The position numbers and the translations under genes are program-made. The notes beneath the pieces are model-generated. The model made no database searches. It was given only the letters and a program-made list of their open reading frames with translations, and was not told the DNA's origin. A stretch of 62,673 nt of DNA, counting the filler, from Rhabdomonas costata (lineage: Eukaryota), in the NCBI GenBank assembly GCA_019059605.1. It is 41 parts of 41 records of this genome, joined end to end, with 100 filler letters (N's around TTAATTAATTAA, not from the genome) between each part and the next. Parts side by side here need not be neighbours in the genome. Positions count along the whole stretch, not along the records: positions 47,467 to 48,897 come from JAHMHO010016144.1; positions 48,998 to 50,428 come from JAHMHO010016145.1; positions 50,529 to 51,959 come from JAHMHO010016146.1; positions 52,060 to 53,490 come from JAHMHO010016147.1; positions 53,591 to 55,021 come from JAHMHO010016148.1; positions 55,122 to 56,552 come from JAHMHO010016149.1; positions 56,653 to 58,083 come from JAHMHO010016150.1; positions 58,184 to 59,613 come from JAHMHO010016151.1; 33 more parts are not named here. One strand, 5' to 3'. Within the stretch, counting starts at the first letter, position 1; each line of letters opens with the position of its first letter. Of the stretch, positions 48,491-61,439 are shown piece after piece.

Positions 48491-51400
48491 CTAAGATTGG
48501 ATGTACAGGAGGATCGGACGAGTCCTCGATGACTCGAGCGCAGTGGACAATGCATCCTCTCCTCACTTGGATTCCATACGAGAGCCATCATTTCCCCCAA
48601 AATACGATACCCTTGAAAGCAAAGGCGAGGCCAACAACCAGTCCTCGACTCAGAATTATTAGTGAGTGTTGACGTTGACTGCGCCATCTGCGCCAGCAAT
48701 CAAATTCTTAGCATACATATAACGGCACACAGGAAGGCGGAAGACCCGGACAGACTCAGAGTAGATGCGAAGGAAAGACAACTCCATTGCTCGGCTCTTT
48801 GTAAAGTGGAGACCACCACTGGAGGAACGCCAACATGCTCTGCGGATTTGCACGATTGAGAGCGACCTCGTTCGCTCACCTGATGAACAACACCCCCNNN
48901 NNNNNNNNNNNNNNNNNNNNNNNNNNNNNNNNNNNNNNNNNTTAATTAATTAANNNNNNNNNNNNNNNNNNNNNNNNNNNNNNNNNNNNNNNNNNNNGGG
49001 GTGGGTGGCACACAACCTGCACGACTCCTTTCAGAGGCTGCAGCAATCGCAGACACCCCGGGGCAATGCTACATGGTTGTACGGTGTGTCTGTTGTGGAG
49101 GAGGGGCTTAGCCTCTTTCACTGTGTTAACCGTTAGGACTTCGATTGGGATGATTTGTTTTGGAGCGGAAGCCAGCCCTCGGCGCGGTCGGAGCGGACGG
49201 AGGAGTCATGCAGTGACCTTTGGTGTTTAAACGCAAACTTGAGCGTTTAACACCATTAAACACCATATTTTTTTTGCTTTTCAGAAATGTTATTTTCCAG
49301 CACGGAGAGCACGCGGGTGGGTAAAATTTCGTGTACCCACTTCCCACTTGATTTACTGCCCCCCAGAGGCCGTTTTGGTGTAAGCCAAATGATTCTAGTT
49401 TAAGGGTAAAGATTTTCGGGGGAAGGCCCTAATACCCCGGCAGCGGTTCTCCACGACCTCCCTCGCCTCCCTCTCTCCGTGGCTCGCTCGCGTCACTTCG
49501 TCGCAGACGCTCCTCTCAGCTTGACAGCATTATGGGAATATTACGTTTCTGTGCCGTCGGCAAAAAAAACCTGCAGGCGATCCTCTGAGAGAGAGATGCT
49601 CCCCTCTTCCCTTCCCTGATCCTGTCTTCCTGTCTTCAGCTTGTCTGGCTGCTAACCTGCAGCCACGAGGTCCTCGTTACACTTTCGACCAAAGGGTGAA
49701 CAGCTTCGGCGTGAAGCTCAACCCCAACTGACGCCGCTGTGTTGCCCGAGGGGCTCCCCCCCCTCCGTCCAGGGCTTGTGGCTAGCAATGCAGACACACA
49801 GCCTTCATTGACATGAGACATTCAAGGGAGGCCTATGAGATGAAGCTCTCCCTCGCGCGTTAATGCACCTAGGAGCAAGACCACCCGGGACCGGTTTCTT
49901 GCCCAAACAACGCGAAGCGAAAGGTGTGGGGAGGGGGTAGCTAAGCACCCGACCAGTGAGGCTTTTACTCATTGACCCCAATTAGGTGGTGCTCTCGGAG
50001 CTGCTGGCCCCGGGCATAGGCAACCCGCCCGGCATTCCTGAAAAACCAAGCCCGTTTCCTGTCTCCCACGCCTCCCTTGTGTCTAGACCATCCCATCGAA
50101 GACTTTTGCAGCGCTTTTGTGCTTTGTTGTGTAATTTGGTGCGCTTTTTTTGTCGACAGGGCCGGTGTTGCCCTGTAAATTGTATTCATTCTGTATCCTC
50201 AAGACATAATACTCCGTGGGGCACAGCCTCCCCTCCTGTTCTCCGCCGCACTTGCTACGATTTGGTGTGAGTATTCGTGCCGCGCACGTACTTACCTTCC
50301 GCTGTGCGCCATTTGTTCAGTAACACTCCTCCCCCCCACTTGCACCTAAACAGCACAGAACGCCTAAACCTACCCACCTGAACACATCCGCGCCCTTCCT
50401 TCAGCTCCCTTCGTGTGCTGAGAGCACTNNNNNNNNNNNNNNNNNNNNNNNNNNNNNNNNNNNNNNNNNNNNTTAATTAATTAANNNNNNNNNNNNNNNN
50501 NNNNNNNNNNNNNNNNNNNNNNNNNNNNCAGGGGGGGGGGGAGGTTAAAGGCGGATGGAGATGCATGTCCCCAGGAATTTCCCAAATACACAGGTGATTT
50601 ACGTTTTTCTATTGGGGGGCAGTATGTTGGGGTGGGGGGGCGCAAAATGTGGTTGCGCCCTGATTTTCTCTCCGTCGTCCAATTTGAACTTCTGCATCAA
50701 CTAGTGATGCAACTCAGCTTGAACAGAGGACCTGTTTTTTTTTAACCGCCCCACCCCCCCTCTACTACACTACCGCCTGTCCAGTCGGTCGAGGGGCCTG
50801 GGGGCTTCGCGGAGGGATGCCTCTGGGCTTCTCTTCCGTCACTGCTGTGTGCTCCATTGATAGAGGCCGCAGCCTTCTCTTCTATGGAAGAGCACACCGA
50901 CACCCCCCCATTCGCCGATCCCCTCCCGCTGATGCGGACCGGGGTTCCCCATCTCTGCCTTTGGATTCTTTTGGGTTTAGGGTGTTCGTCCTTCCTTTCA
51001 CTGAGCCATCCGAATTTTCCGGACGCTCAGTGCGCTGCTCCCCCCGTCCTGCGGTCGTGGTGTGGTGCCCTGAACACACCCCTGACTGCGAGCATTCTCT
51101 GTGGTTTGAGGAAGTTTTGGAAGAAGAAAAAGGAGCTGCGTTCTGTTGACTATCGTTGGACTACTTTTTGTTGTTGTCCCTTTCACTTTTCGGCTTCTGT
51201 CTTGTGATCGCTAGGGTTGGTTGGTTGGGCGCGAATCTGCGATTTTGGGCGATGCACATGAGTGGAGAATAAAACGAGTCATTGCTGCAAAGCAGATGGA
51301 TACTGAGTGTAAGCGGATGTCTTGGAGAAGTAGGTTGTCGTACACCGCGCGGGTAACGTCAGGATTTTCCAGGCAACAGACTATCCCATGAAAAGGGGGA

Positions 51401-51638
51401 ATGCGCTCGGATGTGGTGATGCGGACTTTACAGCGATGCGGTCTCCTGCTCTCCTCTAAAGTCACGGAGCATCGCATGTTTTCCTCCGTGCCAATGCGGT
51501 TGCTCGGGACCTGTTGGTTTCTTTTTCGCGCGTCCACCCATCCCAAGTACGCCCTTTTCCTCTCGTCAAAGATTCCTCAGTGGCGGGTTCCCCTCCGAGT
51601 GTGTGTGATTCCGCCTCACAAGCCACACGACGGACTAC

Positions 51639-51959
51639 ATGACCACCGTTTGCCCCTCCGTTGCCCCCTCTGCTCCGTTCAGCGCCATGGCCGGCCTTCC
51701 CGTGCCTTCATGCGACTGTCTGCTTCCTGGACGAGTGGACCCGAAGGGTTGTATGGGCTGTGGGGTGGCCTCTCTGCGAGAGGCGGAGCGAGCTCTGCCT
51801 CCGAGACCCATGTACCTCGGCAGCGAGGGCGGGGACTACTCCAGGTGCCGAGCGGTGCTAGCGCATTGGGTGGCAGAGGTTGCGGTGGCGGCGGGCCTGG
51901 CCATCCCTGAGGAGGCGTGGGGTGGGGCCGTCTCCGGGGTGGCGTGGCACGCCGTGGAG
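51639..51959 (+). CDS. Divergent cyclin, N-terminal cyclin box, 3'-truncated
   Basis: LREAERALPPRPMYL...CRAVLAHWVAEVAVAAGL resembles the L+E.E...P...Y+ and RAILVDWLVEV cyclin-box start. Confidence 0.6.
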
Positions 51960-52165
51960 NNNNNNNNNNNNNNNNNNNNNNNNNNNNNNNNNNNNNNNNN
52001 NNNTTAATTAATTAANNNNNNNNNNNNNNNNNNNNNNNNNNNNNNNNNNNNNNNNNNNNAAGCAAGTAAATGAAAAAAAATTAGCAGGAGATGCGGAAAC
52101 GGAAAAGAAATGGAATGTTGGGAAAGGCAAAAGGAACTGAATGCCTGCGAGGGGTGTAGACAGAC

Positions 52166-52426
52166 CTGGTTCTGCTGTAGCTGACTCAACCCATCGGAGT
52201 TATTGGTGGAGGAAAAGCTCAGGCCGTACTGGGGGTAGGCCTGCTCGAAGTGCTGCTTCCACTTCCATGCAATACCCACCCCCGCCAGCTCCGACCCCGC
52301 GCCTCGCAGGGCCACTGATGGAGTGGTCGACGCATAGGCGCACAGGGGTACAGAACTCACCCAGGCCAGCACTGCACAGGCAGCCAAGAGAAGCCGGGAC
52401 AGGGTGCACGGCACCGCGGCTTCCAT
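52166..52426 (-). CDS. Signal peptide plus PstS-like (PBP2) ligand-binding domain start, first exon
   Basis: Hydrophobic leader, then LRGAGSELA...W...FEQAYPQYGLSFSSTNNSDGLSQL, similar to PstS L.GAGST...W...Y...P...I.Y...GSG.G..Q. CAG|GT donor. Confidence 0.65.
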
Positions 52427-55121
52427 TCGGAGTCCCACGACAAGGTCCATCAACGTACATACAAGGAATTAAAGCAGAAAGGAAAAGCAATACAGATAAA
52501 GTAAGCTAGTTCTTTCTGAGCAGACGGTGGTGTGGGCACTGTTCCCGGCAACATTGATATGCGGTGAACATACCCGGTACAAATCGTCGGATATGTAAAT
52601 AAGAACAGCAACAGATGCTTCAATACAAGTCTTCAACTCGCTTCCCTCGAACCCGCAATTAATCCCGGAACCCGATCCCCCAAACCTGCATTTTCGTCGA
52701 CATGAGTCGACTTTCGAAAAAAGAAAACTCACAAGAAAACGACCTGAACCATTTCTGACATCATCACATTTTCCAGTCTGACGCCGATGGGCACCTGCTT
52801 ACTCAGTCTTCGCACTTTCAGTTTGGCTCTCGCTCGAGGACCAATAACGGTCAACGGTGGCAACACTGAAAGTCGCCGTTCCCGGAGCACAAGATCATTG
52901 CAAATGCTATGCATGGAACATGTACGCGCGCGTGGGGGGGAAAAAGTGGCAACCTATATATGCCCGAGGAAACGACAGGAGCACCAACTCGCATTGCAGA
53001 GATGGTTCCACAGCAGGAGGGTGTGGATGTTTGAGGGGATTGCCTGCCTCTTGCAGGGAGCGCCACAGACTTCCTTCCAAAAAACGGAGGCACGAGCAAA
53101 CATACACACAGACACAAAACTTTCCTCGGGCCAAAAAACGTTGCGAGTATCAGACAGGGGGGTGGACGCGCCCCTTATCTGCGTGCACATCGCTCACGGC
53201 AGGCCCATCGCACAGCCCATCCCATGCCAAAAGCGCTTTATGTACAAAAAACGTGTCTCCCATATCAAAGCGGGGGAAGCGCAGGATGGAAAGTTGAGTC
53301 ATTCAGTTCAGAGCGGTACCCCTCTGCAGTGGTTGGGTCACCCTGGCCGTCGATGCGGATGGGGAGTCATGGTTACCTCAACTGCCGGGAGCAGTCGGTA
53401 GATGGGAAGCATCTCCCCATTCATCAAGCGCCAAAAACGAAGACTCACACAAACAGAGGGCACAGGAGCCAAAGGGACAAAAAAACAAAANNNNNNNNNN
53501 NNNNNNNNNNNNNNNNNNNNNNNNNNNNNNNNNNTTAATTAATTAANNNNNNNNNNNNNNNNNNNNNNNNNNNNNNNNNNNNNNNNNNNNTTGTTGGTTG
53601 TGAGCAGGAACATTTGCTGAGCACACCACATCGCACTCCATCATTATCATGAGAGCCGAAAATGCAATCAGCTCCCTTCAACGTAGTTTGCACCAATTTG
53701 GCTATATGTCAGAGACATTGTTTGATGAAGGTTGTGAGCAGGAACATTTGCTGAGCACACCACAATCACTGCATGTTTTCTATACTCTTATTCACAATGT
53801 TTACACTCTCTTGCGTCATCTTCAGTCTTTCTCCATTCTTTTCTTCATTTAGTGTAAAGTATTACCTTTTACGCGGATCCTCGAACTCTGTGCACTGCTG
53901 CTGTGATCTGCTTGATTCCGAGTCCTCATTACTTCGTTAAAAAAATAAAATTACTTCTCAAACTCGCTGAGCCCTAATTTGCTGAAGGCGAAATCTCTGG
54001 TGAAGCAAGAACAAATCCTCACATACGGCAATGCTGCCGTGGTCACGTTTTGTAATGTCCGTGAAATCCACACAAGAAAAGCATGGTGCTGCATAGAAAG
54101 AAAATAGGACACATTGAGCACTGTTATGGACAATATTTACAACAAAGCACGATTCTCACAAAAATCCGACTTTGGGGGCCTCATTTCCCTTGGCAGCAGG
54201 CACGTTCTTACGGCAAAAACTGAATGAAAAGTTTCAACAAGGAATAGTCGAACTTGTCGAGACCATTGAATATGGTTCTGCTCTCAACTGCACTCAGCAG
54301 AAAAAAGTCAGGAAGATGTTTCACAAGCGGGGGGAACACGCAAACCGTGGTACTTGGGGAACATATATCGCCTGCAGCGCAGGGAGGTCAGCCGCCGCGG
54401 TCGGTCCCTGGAGAGTTAAAGAAGCAAAAGAATTACAAAGGTGAAACAAGTTACGCTCTTTCTTTCCGGTCCCCGCCTTCCCCTAGATCTTTTTCTTTGT
54501 GTCCAATCCTATATAAACACATGCATAGACATAGGCACTGTCAAGAGGTATCCAAACCAAATGTTTGCTTCGCTAACTTTGTTTCGCACACGCAAAGTCA
54601 AATCTCTTAACTTGATCAGTGACCCTCGTCAGGGTAGAGCGCAGTGCGCCCTGGCAGAGAAGAATCGCTTCGGTGGGGTGGGGTGGGTACACAAAATTAG
54701 GGTAATGAAAGAGGTGTACTGCGGAGGGACGGAGTATGTGCGAAACTTCAGTTTCTCTCCAAACCTGAGCATGACTTGTGCTAAGTTCTTCGTTTCGAGT
54801 GGGAACAGCACACTTTCTCCGCCGAGTAACTCTGTGGAAGGAGAGCAACCAAAATGAACCAGACAGGAAAAGTCATCGGTATCCTCCATTTTTAGCAAAA
54901 AGAAAGAAAGAAAGAAAGAAAGCAACAAGCACATATCCACCAATAAAGCAAAAACCCAAACCACAGCTCATAAGAAAAAAACATACGTCTCAGGTTTGGC
55001 TTTGCAACTCTCGTCGTGATANNNNNNNNNNNNNNNNNNNNNNNNNNNNNNNNNNNNNNNNNNNNTTAATTAATTAANNNNNNNNNNNNNNNNNNNNNNN
55101 NNNNNNNNNNNNNNNNNNNNN

Positions 55122-56005
55122 GGTTGGGGTGAGAACTGCGAACTGAGGGCAGACGTGGGCACTCCATCGCAATTGCTCAGCTGATTGTGGAAGGCTGATC
55201 CGGCCGCCAAGTCGCTCCTGGAGACCTCTTCGAGGCAGCGCTCATGAAGACATCTCGATGCAGCGGATAATGTGCGGAAAAGATCTTTAAGATGAAGCAA
55301 TCCGACGCAGCTCGCATGGTCGGCTTCCACGGATCGCCAACGTAAATCTAATGCTGGCTCAGACGATGCAGCGTGGGGCTCGGCCGAGGGTGGAAAGTGA
55401 CGCGAATCCCCGGCAAGGCTAATTTCATCACAGATTTGTTCCGAAACAGAGCACGTAAACTCATGAAGACCAGACGTGTACATAGCAATCAACTTTTCCA
55501 GGACATCGGTTCCATGTTGCAAAGATATCAAGGATCCCAAGAGAACGTCTTGTCCCCTCACTTTAGAAGCTTCCTGAATCAAGCCGATAACCCTGGTGCT
55601 TTCACACAGGAGATGCTCCAAGTCGGCAACACAGGCACAATCTGTTTTTGAACGCCATGCAAATGCGGGAGCACAGGGTGCAATGCATCTTGACGTTGCC
55701 GCCCTAGAGTTTCCAAACGTAACCCCCGAAGGGATGGTTGCATCGCAGGCCCACGAGCAACGCATTCTCTCCAAATGTGGTTCCCCCATCAGTTTTGACG
55801 CGGGGTCGTCGGCAGGACAGGCCGCAAGCATGCCGGTCAGTTCACGCCCAATGGAATCGGTTCGCAAAGAGTGGGCTTCATCCTGCGACAAAAATTGGGC
55901 CGCGAAGGGCGGGAGCAGGAAACAGTTTTTTCGTATGGAGTTCTCCGGGACTTTTGGAAGGCCACCCAACTCAAATTGGGGAAAGAGGCAAAGTGCAGTA
56001 AACAA
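55122..56005 (-). CDS. Long exon of an unknown, probably helical protein; another probable exon at about 56280-56415
   Basis: Open frame of about 290 codons reaching the contig end. Confidence 0.55.
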
Positions 56006-56759
56006 ACAAAGGAATGATCAAGGGCGGGGAGATGCTCGGACTTCCTGCAGAGCTCGTGCATAGCTGCTTGCCTCCACTTTTTGTTCCGTGTGAGCAAAAG
56101 ACGGTTCGAAAGAGTGGGAAAGAGTATAGAATGATGTCCATCCTCGCCTCGCATTTACATTTAAAAACCTCAAACTGACTGTATGGCTGCAAACATGAGC
56201 CGCGGAAAAATCGTTGCAATATGCGCAAGGAAGCCAAAGACAAACCGGAATTTCGGTTTGGGCCACAACTGGCCTGGCAGGTGGAGGCAGAATTGATTTC
56301 AACTGCAGATTCAACTTTAACCCTTCGCATTGCTCCTCAAGAAGCTGCCTTTGCCTGGAAATGGCAATTAGCGCAGCTTCCTGGCGCCGACATAGCTGAG
56401 CAAGTTCAGACGCTCTGAAGAACAAAACGAAAGAAACACATGAATTTGGCGAATACATTATGAAGTGATCCTCAGAAAGCAAAGGGCGAAGAAGAAGCAG
56501 GCCATATTCAATGGGCACGTTGCCTGGGTCATTCTTGCATCCACCCACACCCNNNNNNNNNNNNNNNNNNNNNNNNNNNNNNNNNNNNNNNNNNNNTTAA
56601 TTAATTAANNNNNNNNNNNNNNNNNNNNNNNNNNNNNNNNNNNNNNNNNNNNTGTGGTTGGTAACACTATTGAGTGCCGTTTATAGTAGCTAAAAGCGCA
56701 AAAAAAAAGGGGGGGGGGGTAAAGGGTGAGGGCATTTTTTGTAACGGTCCAACGGAAAA

Positions 56760-57405
56760 TGCATGGATCATAGCACGTTGCAGGAACTCCGCCAGCACGA
56801 AGGAGATCCGCCCCACTACGCCGCTGACTACCACTTCGTCTACCGAGACGGGCTTCACCCTCTGGACGAACCCCCGGCGACCCGGTCCCGTCGCGGCGAG
56901 CGGGCATTCATTCGAAGGGTGGTGAACCCCGGCAAGAACATCACACTCACGCTGGCCATGTCCCCGACGCTCGGTAAGGTGGGTCAACGTTTTCCCCCGG
57001 GGCCATGAACGGGCTGCACTTCTGGTTCAGTGCTATGTCCTCACTCTTGTGCAGGCGTTTCCGAAGAAGGTCCTCCTCATCCTGGACAACCTGCCAGCCC
57101 ACCGCCGCTAAATCCTCGAGGAGCTGTTGCCCCACGGCCTACGCCCTACAGCCCCATGCTAGACCCTTGCGAGGAGGCGTTCAACGCCTTGAAACAGCGA
57201 ACAGCGGGTGAAGATGGGGCTTTCCGAAAGAATCGAGGATCTTGTGGCCGCGGACTACCTTACATGGGGTCAGAAAACCGCCAAGCGCCGTCCTGCTCAG
57301 CGTTATCGTGCCCTCTCTGGACACCATCACTCCGGCCAAGGCCTTCGCTTGGTGGAATCACTCGTTAAACTTCTTTCCTAAGTGCCTTGCCATGGAGGAT
57401 CTCTG
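56760..57405 (+). mobile_element. IS630/Tc1-mariner DDE transposase pseudogene
   Basis: Frameshifted pieces HFVY / ETGFTLWT / RSRRGERA...GKNITLTLAMS / LLILDNLPAH / PYSPMLDPCEEAFNALK. Confidence 0.9.
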
Positions 57406-58543
57406 AGGATCCACGAACCCAATGTTGTTTTTTAACACCAGAAATAAGTTAAGAAAGTTCACTATTGAATGTCCGCAGTCCACTATTGTAGTATTGGAGC
57501 TTTTCGCTCCACTGCGTTACGCTCCTAATGTACGACGTCAGTATCGGTGGAGGGAGGGTCGCTCGAATAACAAGCAAAAATAAAAGATATCATTGTCACT
57601 TTGCTATCACTCCTTCCAGCGGGATGAGAGGATACCACCCGAACATGAGGTTGATGTCACGAACGCAGGGAACCCTGCGTAATAGCATCGTTCACCAAGG
57701 AGCTTTGGAGCTCCTGGTCTTCTCGGCTTTTTGTTTCGGGCGCTTCCTGTGGTTGGTGTGCAGCTCTTGGAGTTGTTCTGACTGGTGTAACTGTGGTGCT
57801 CCTGGAAAGACCACACCCACTGACTCCAACTACACATTGAGACGCACACCTATAGAGTTACCAACACAGATCCACAATCCCACACGCAACCCAACATGGT
57901 GAGACCGAAACCTGAAACACGCACCAACACAACCAACTACGCAAGAATGCATCCACAAAAACCATGCGCTAATCATGAGACACATGCCTATTTCTTGTCC
58001 TGGGTTTGTTTTGAACGTTCCCGTGTCAGCGAAAGGTTGCCCCGACTGATATCAGCGAGTAACCTTTCGCTGACACAAAAACCNNNNNNNNNNNNNNNNN
58101 NNNNNNNNNNNNNNNNNNNNNNNNNNNTTAATTAATTAANNNNNNNNNNNNNNNNNNNNNNNNNNNNNNNNNNNNNNNNNNNNTGTTTTGTGTTGATTCT
58201 TCGCATATTTAGATGATTGCATGAACATGGTAGGCTGTATCTTATTTAACCGTCCTCCCGCTTAGCACCGGAGCTCGCGAAGCGGGAGGACGGTTAAATA
58301 AGATACAGCCTACCATGTTCATGCAATCATCTAAATATGCGAAGAATCAACACAATGGACCACGGATCGCGGAACAAAACCGAAAAAGACGGAAACCGAA
58401 AAACACAACTGCCTATAAGAAGCCTGAGTCGGCAAGTGCGAAAGAGAGATGCGGAGTGGGGAGGGGTAATTTGGAGGTATTTAACGAGCATGGCACGGCC
58501 TAGCAATGAGCGTTGGCAAGGGGGTGCCAAGGCCACGCCAAAC

Positions 58544-58728
58544 CTCCTCCTCGTCGGGCTCCTCGTCCTCCTCATCGCTCTCCTCCTCCGCAGCGGCCTT
58601 GGGGTCATAGTCATCCTCATCGTCATCGTCGTCATCCTCGTCGTCATCACTGCGGCGCCGCCGCTTCTGACGCTTGGCGGGCTGCCTTGCAGGAGGGGCG
58701 GGACGGCCTTTCTTCAGGGCTTGCCTCT
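58544..58728 (-). CDS. Exon with a basic NLS-like stretch and an Asp/Glu-rich tract
   Basis: RQALKKGRPAPPARQPAKRQKRRRRSDDDEDDDDDDEDDYDPKAAAEEESDEEDEEPDEEE between TAG and GT. Confidence 0.65.
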
Positions 58729-60086
58729 AGGAGGAAAAGGTGAGCATTGAGTTGCAAAGGGCAGGTGTGGACAAAGCGAATTTTCGAGCATTAGTTTGAG
58801 CCGCTTGCGGCCAGGCTCTACGTGAATCCTTGGCCTCTTAACGAGACGGTTCCGAAACAAAGGAGTGATCATAAAGAACTGGGCAGTTAGTTCGCCACTG
58901 CAAACGCTGCTCCATAAGATACACCCACCTGCCTTATCTTATCCTTATTGGGAGGCCTGAGGCCGGCGGAGGATCCTGGCCTGTATGGTGAGGCAGCACC
59001 CCACGTCTGCCAACAGTGCTATAGGACTATCCGTGCGAGCACCCAGGCTGCGCGTGTCGCAGGTTAGGAGCTGTTTTTCTTTCGTGTCGCTCCGCTTCAC
59101 GGGTGTGTTTCCTTTTCCGACTTTTCATCACATAACATAAACAAACGCGAACGAACAAACACACCTCTCTAAGTCAAAGAAGAAAATCGCGTGATGAAGA
59201 CCCAAAGAATAGAAAGAAGGGGGCAACAAGAAACAAGGACCGGGAAAAACACCACTCGCAAAGCAAAGGTGCTGCATAGGCCTCTAAACAAACAAAGCCA
59301 AAGAAGAAAATTGGGAATGCAGGAGAAAGATGAACCCGAACATGGCCCCTGCAATGACGTCCGTGTTGCTCGTGAAAGTTGGCCCCAGGCACTGCCCCTT
59401 CTCCGCAGGGTCTTGGTGGACATGTGGCAACTGGTGGTAACTGCAGCTTATCGTCACAACTTACTCCTCCGCAGAATTCTAAGGCTAGAAACAACCCGAA
59501 ACTGAGAATTTAGTATGTCGCTTTTGGAACAGAAGTCTTTGCTCAAGCACTCGTGCAGTCAAACTCCCGTGACCACCACCACAACCCACCACCACCTTTC
59601 CCGTATGCTCTCTNNNNNNNNNNNNNNNNNNNNNNNNNNNNNNNNNNNNNNNNNNNNTTAATTAATTAANNNNNNNNNNNNNNNNNNNNNNNNNNNNNNN
59701 NNNNNNNNNNNNNGTGGGTGTGGTCACTATGATCGCGTCTGCTGAAGCTCAATGAGCTTCAATGAGCTTCAGCAGACGCGATCATAATGACCACAATCGC
59801 CACCGACACGTGTCTCATTTAAGTAATCACTGTGGAGGCAAAACCCTTGCTTGTTCTGAAAATGAACCGTACGTGAGTAAAAGCGAGCCCGCCAGCGAAG
59901 AAGACCTCCGCTTTCGAATGAGCGGGTTTCCAACTCATGTCAAAGATGCTGAGCAGCAACTTGGGGAAGCAGTTTGGAACTGCAGCCTGGAGCCCAGTTT
60001 AGGAAGACCACTTATCTGCTCAGGGGGACAACGGTTCAGAGCATAATCCAAATCAGCCGCGTCCACTCCGTCTCTCGGGTACCGAA

Positions 60087-60767
60087 TCAACGGAGATGGA
60101 TCCACTCCACGGCACCGCCGCCACAGTCCGCTATCCGGATACCCCAAAGAAGGACAGCGCGCTCCGTCGAAGGACCACTGCGACCCTGCCGTGAGGGTGG
60201 GGGACTTTCGGTGTCCTCCCGTGGTAAGGGCAGTGGAGGGGAGACCTCCAGGCCGAGCTCCCGACCGGCGATACTAAGAGCACTGAACTCACCCTCTTCG
60301 GTGAAAGAGTCGGGGAAAACACTGGCAGCAAAGTAGGCGGCACGGCGCACGGCAGGATACGTTGGCCGAGAGTTTTCCAGCAATAACCTGCAGCCGGGTA
60401 TGATAAGGTCACCTTCCTCATGAAAAAACAATGTCGGTGTGCCAGGAAACCTCTAGCTTGTGTCTTGTCCCTAACTGCGCTTTTGAAGACACACAAATTT
60501 CCTTAAGGGGTTTCGAAATAAGGAAAAAAAAACTAACACCAATCAGCAACAGCCGTAACCGTTATCACGTACTTACCACGTATTACACTAGATTACAAAA
60601 CCACCAGCACAAACGTGCTCGCCCATCCCTTGCCTTTCCTATTGCGCGCGAGCGCATGAGGTAATTACAGGGTACTTGATTGTGCGAAGAATCGGCCGCA
60701 GGAGGTGGGTCATGTACAAGGTATCCGACGCCACGATGTAGTCCACGGTTTCTGAGGCTTGGGCAAT
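60087..60767 (-). CDS. Seven-beta-strand methyltransferase family 16 (METTL21/EEF1AKMT-like), last exons (60767-60676, 60387-60087)
   Basis: VDYIVASDTLYMTHLLRPILRTIK|LLL matches the D.I+.SD.+Y motif. Phase-2 GT-AG intron. Confidence 0.7.
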
Positions 60768-61439
60768 CTGAGCACCCCCCCCCCAAAAAAAAATCCACCA
60801 ACATATTTCCTATCGACACGTGAAAGGTGTCTCTCTGTAACAAGAATCTACCAAATCAGCCAAATATTCAACAGCATGCAAAATGAAGAGTTCCGGTAGG
60901 GCGCAGGTGGACACATGCGGATAGATCCGATCTGGTGATTTTCGGAGAAGTGGGGCGTGTCGCTGACCTTTTCGAACCCCATGGCAAAGGTCATGGTGCC
61001 CGAAAAACGTACCCACGAAGGTTCAATCCCAAAATCGCCCTTTCATCGGACCAGAGGTACGATTAGAATTACAACAGCACAGCCTCGCAAACTGAGCGAA
61101 TTAGTTCCAGTGTGCCCCCCCCCATCCCTGCCGACCCAAACAANNNNNNNNNNNNNNNNNNNNNNNNNNNNNNNNNNNNNNNNNNNNTTAATTAATTAAN
61201 NNNNNNNNNNNNNNNNNNNNNNNNNNNNNNNNNNNNNNNNNNNGAAAGTCTACCTAACCCCAGAACCTGTCCTGTGGTGAACCTGGCAGTATGCAGTAAG
61301 AATTTTTATTGAGTAAGAGGAGGTTATTGTGAATGACCCAGACGAGGAGGGGCCAGTTAAATTTCTAGGTGCTGGGGGCACTTCAAGATGGTGAAGTGCA
61401 GGCATTAGACTTGTTCTTCAAACGCTGACCATCGTACAC

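Larger units (their letters stand above)
1433..61243. other. 40 artificial scaffold spacers (N-run + TTAATTAATTAA + N-run) joining 41 unrelated ~1.43 kb contigs
   Basis: The same ~100-nt spacer recurs about every 1,531 nt and puts stops in all six frames. Content changes abruptly across each spacer. Confidence 0.99.

Noticed and set aside
53596-53764. 35-bp direct repeat 134 bp apart, CRISPR-like in length
   Set aside because: Only two copies, the spacer is too long, there are no cas genes, and the first copy sits at the contig start (template switch or simple duplication).
58190-58335. Perfect inverted repeat with ~75-bp arms; similar hairpins at about 2913-2964, 6129-6265, 7661-7713, 15325-15423, 30482-30526, 41355-41401 and 59720-59793
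   Set aside because: All touch a contig end next to primer-like tails, and one duplicates coding sequence (HtrA). Best explained as amplification fold-back artefacts, not miRNA hairpins, TIRs or structured introns.
60960-61040. LPWG motif upstream of the methyltransferase exon, with an in-frame TGA (possible readthrough or selenocysteine)
   Set aside because: No convincing splice boundaries or SECIS evidence; a four-residue match can be chance.
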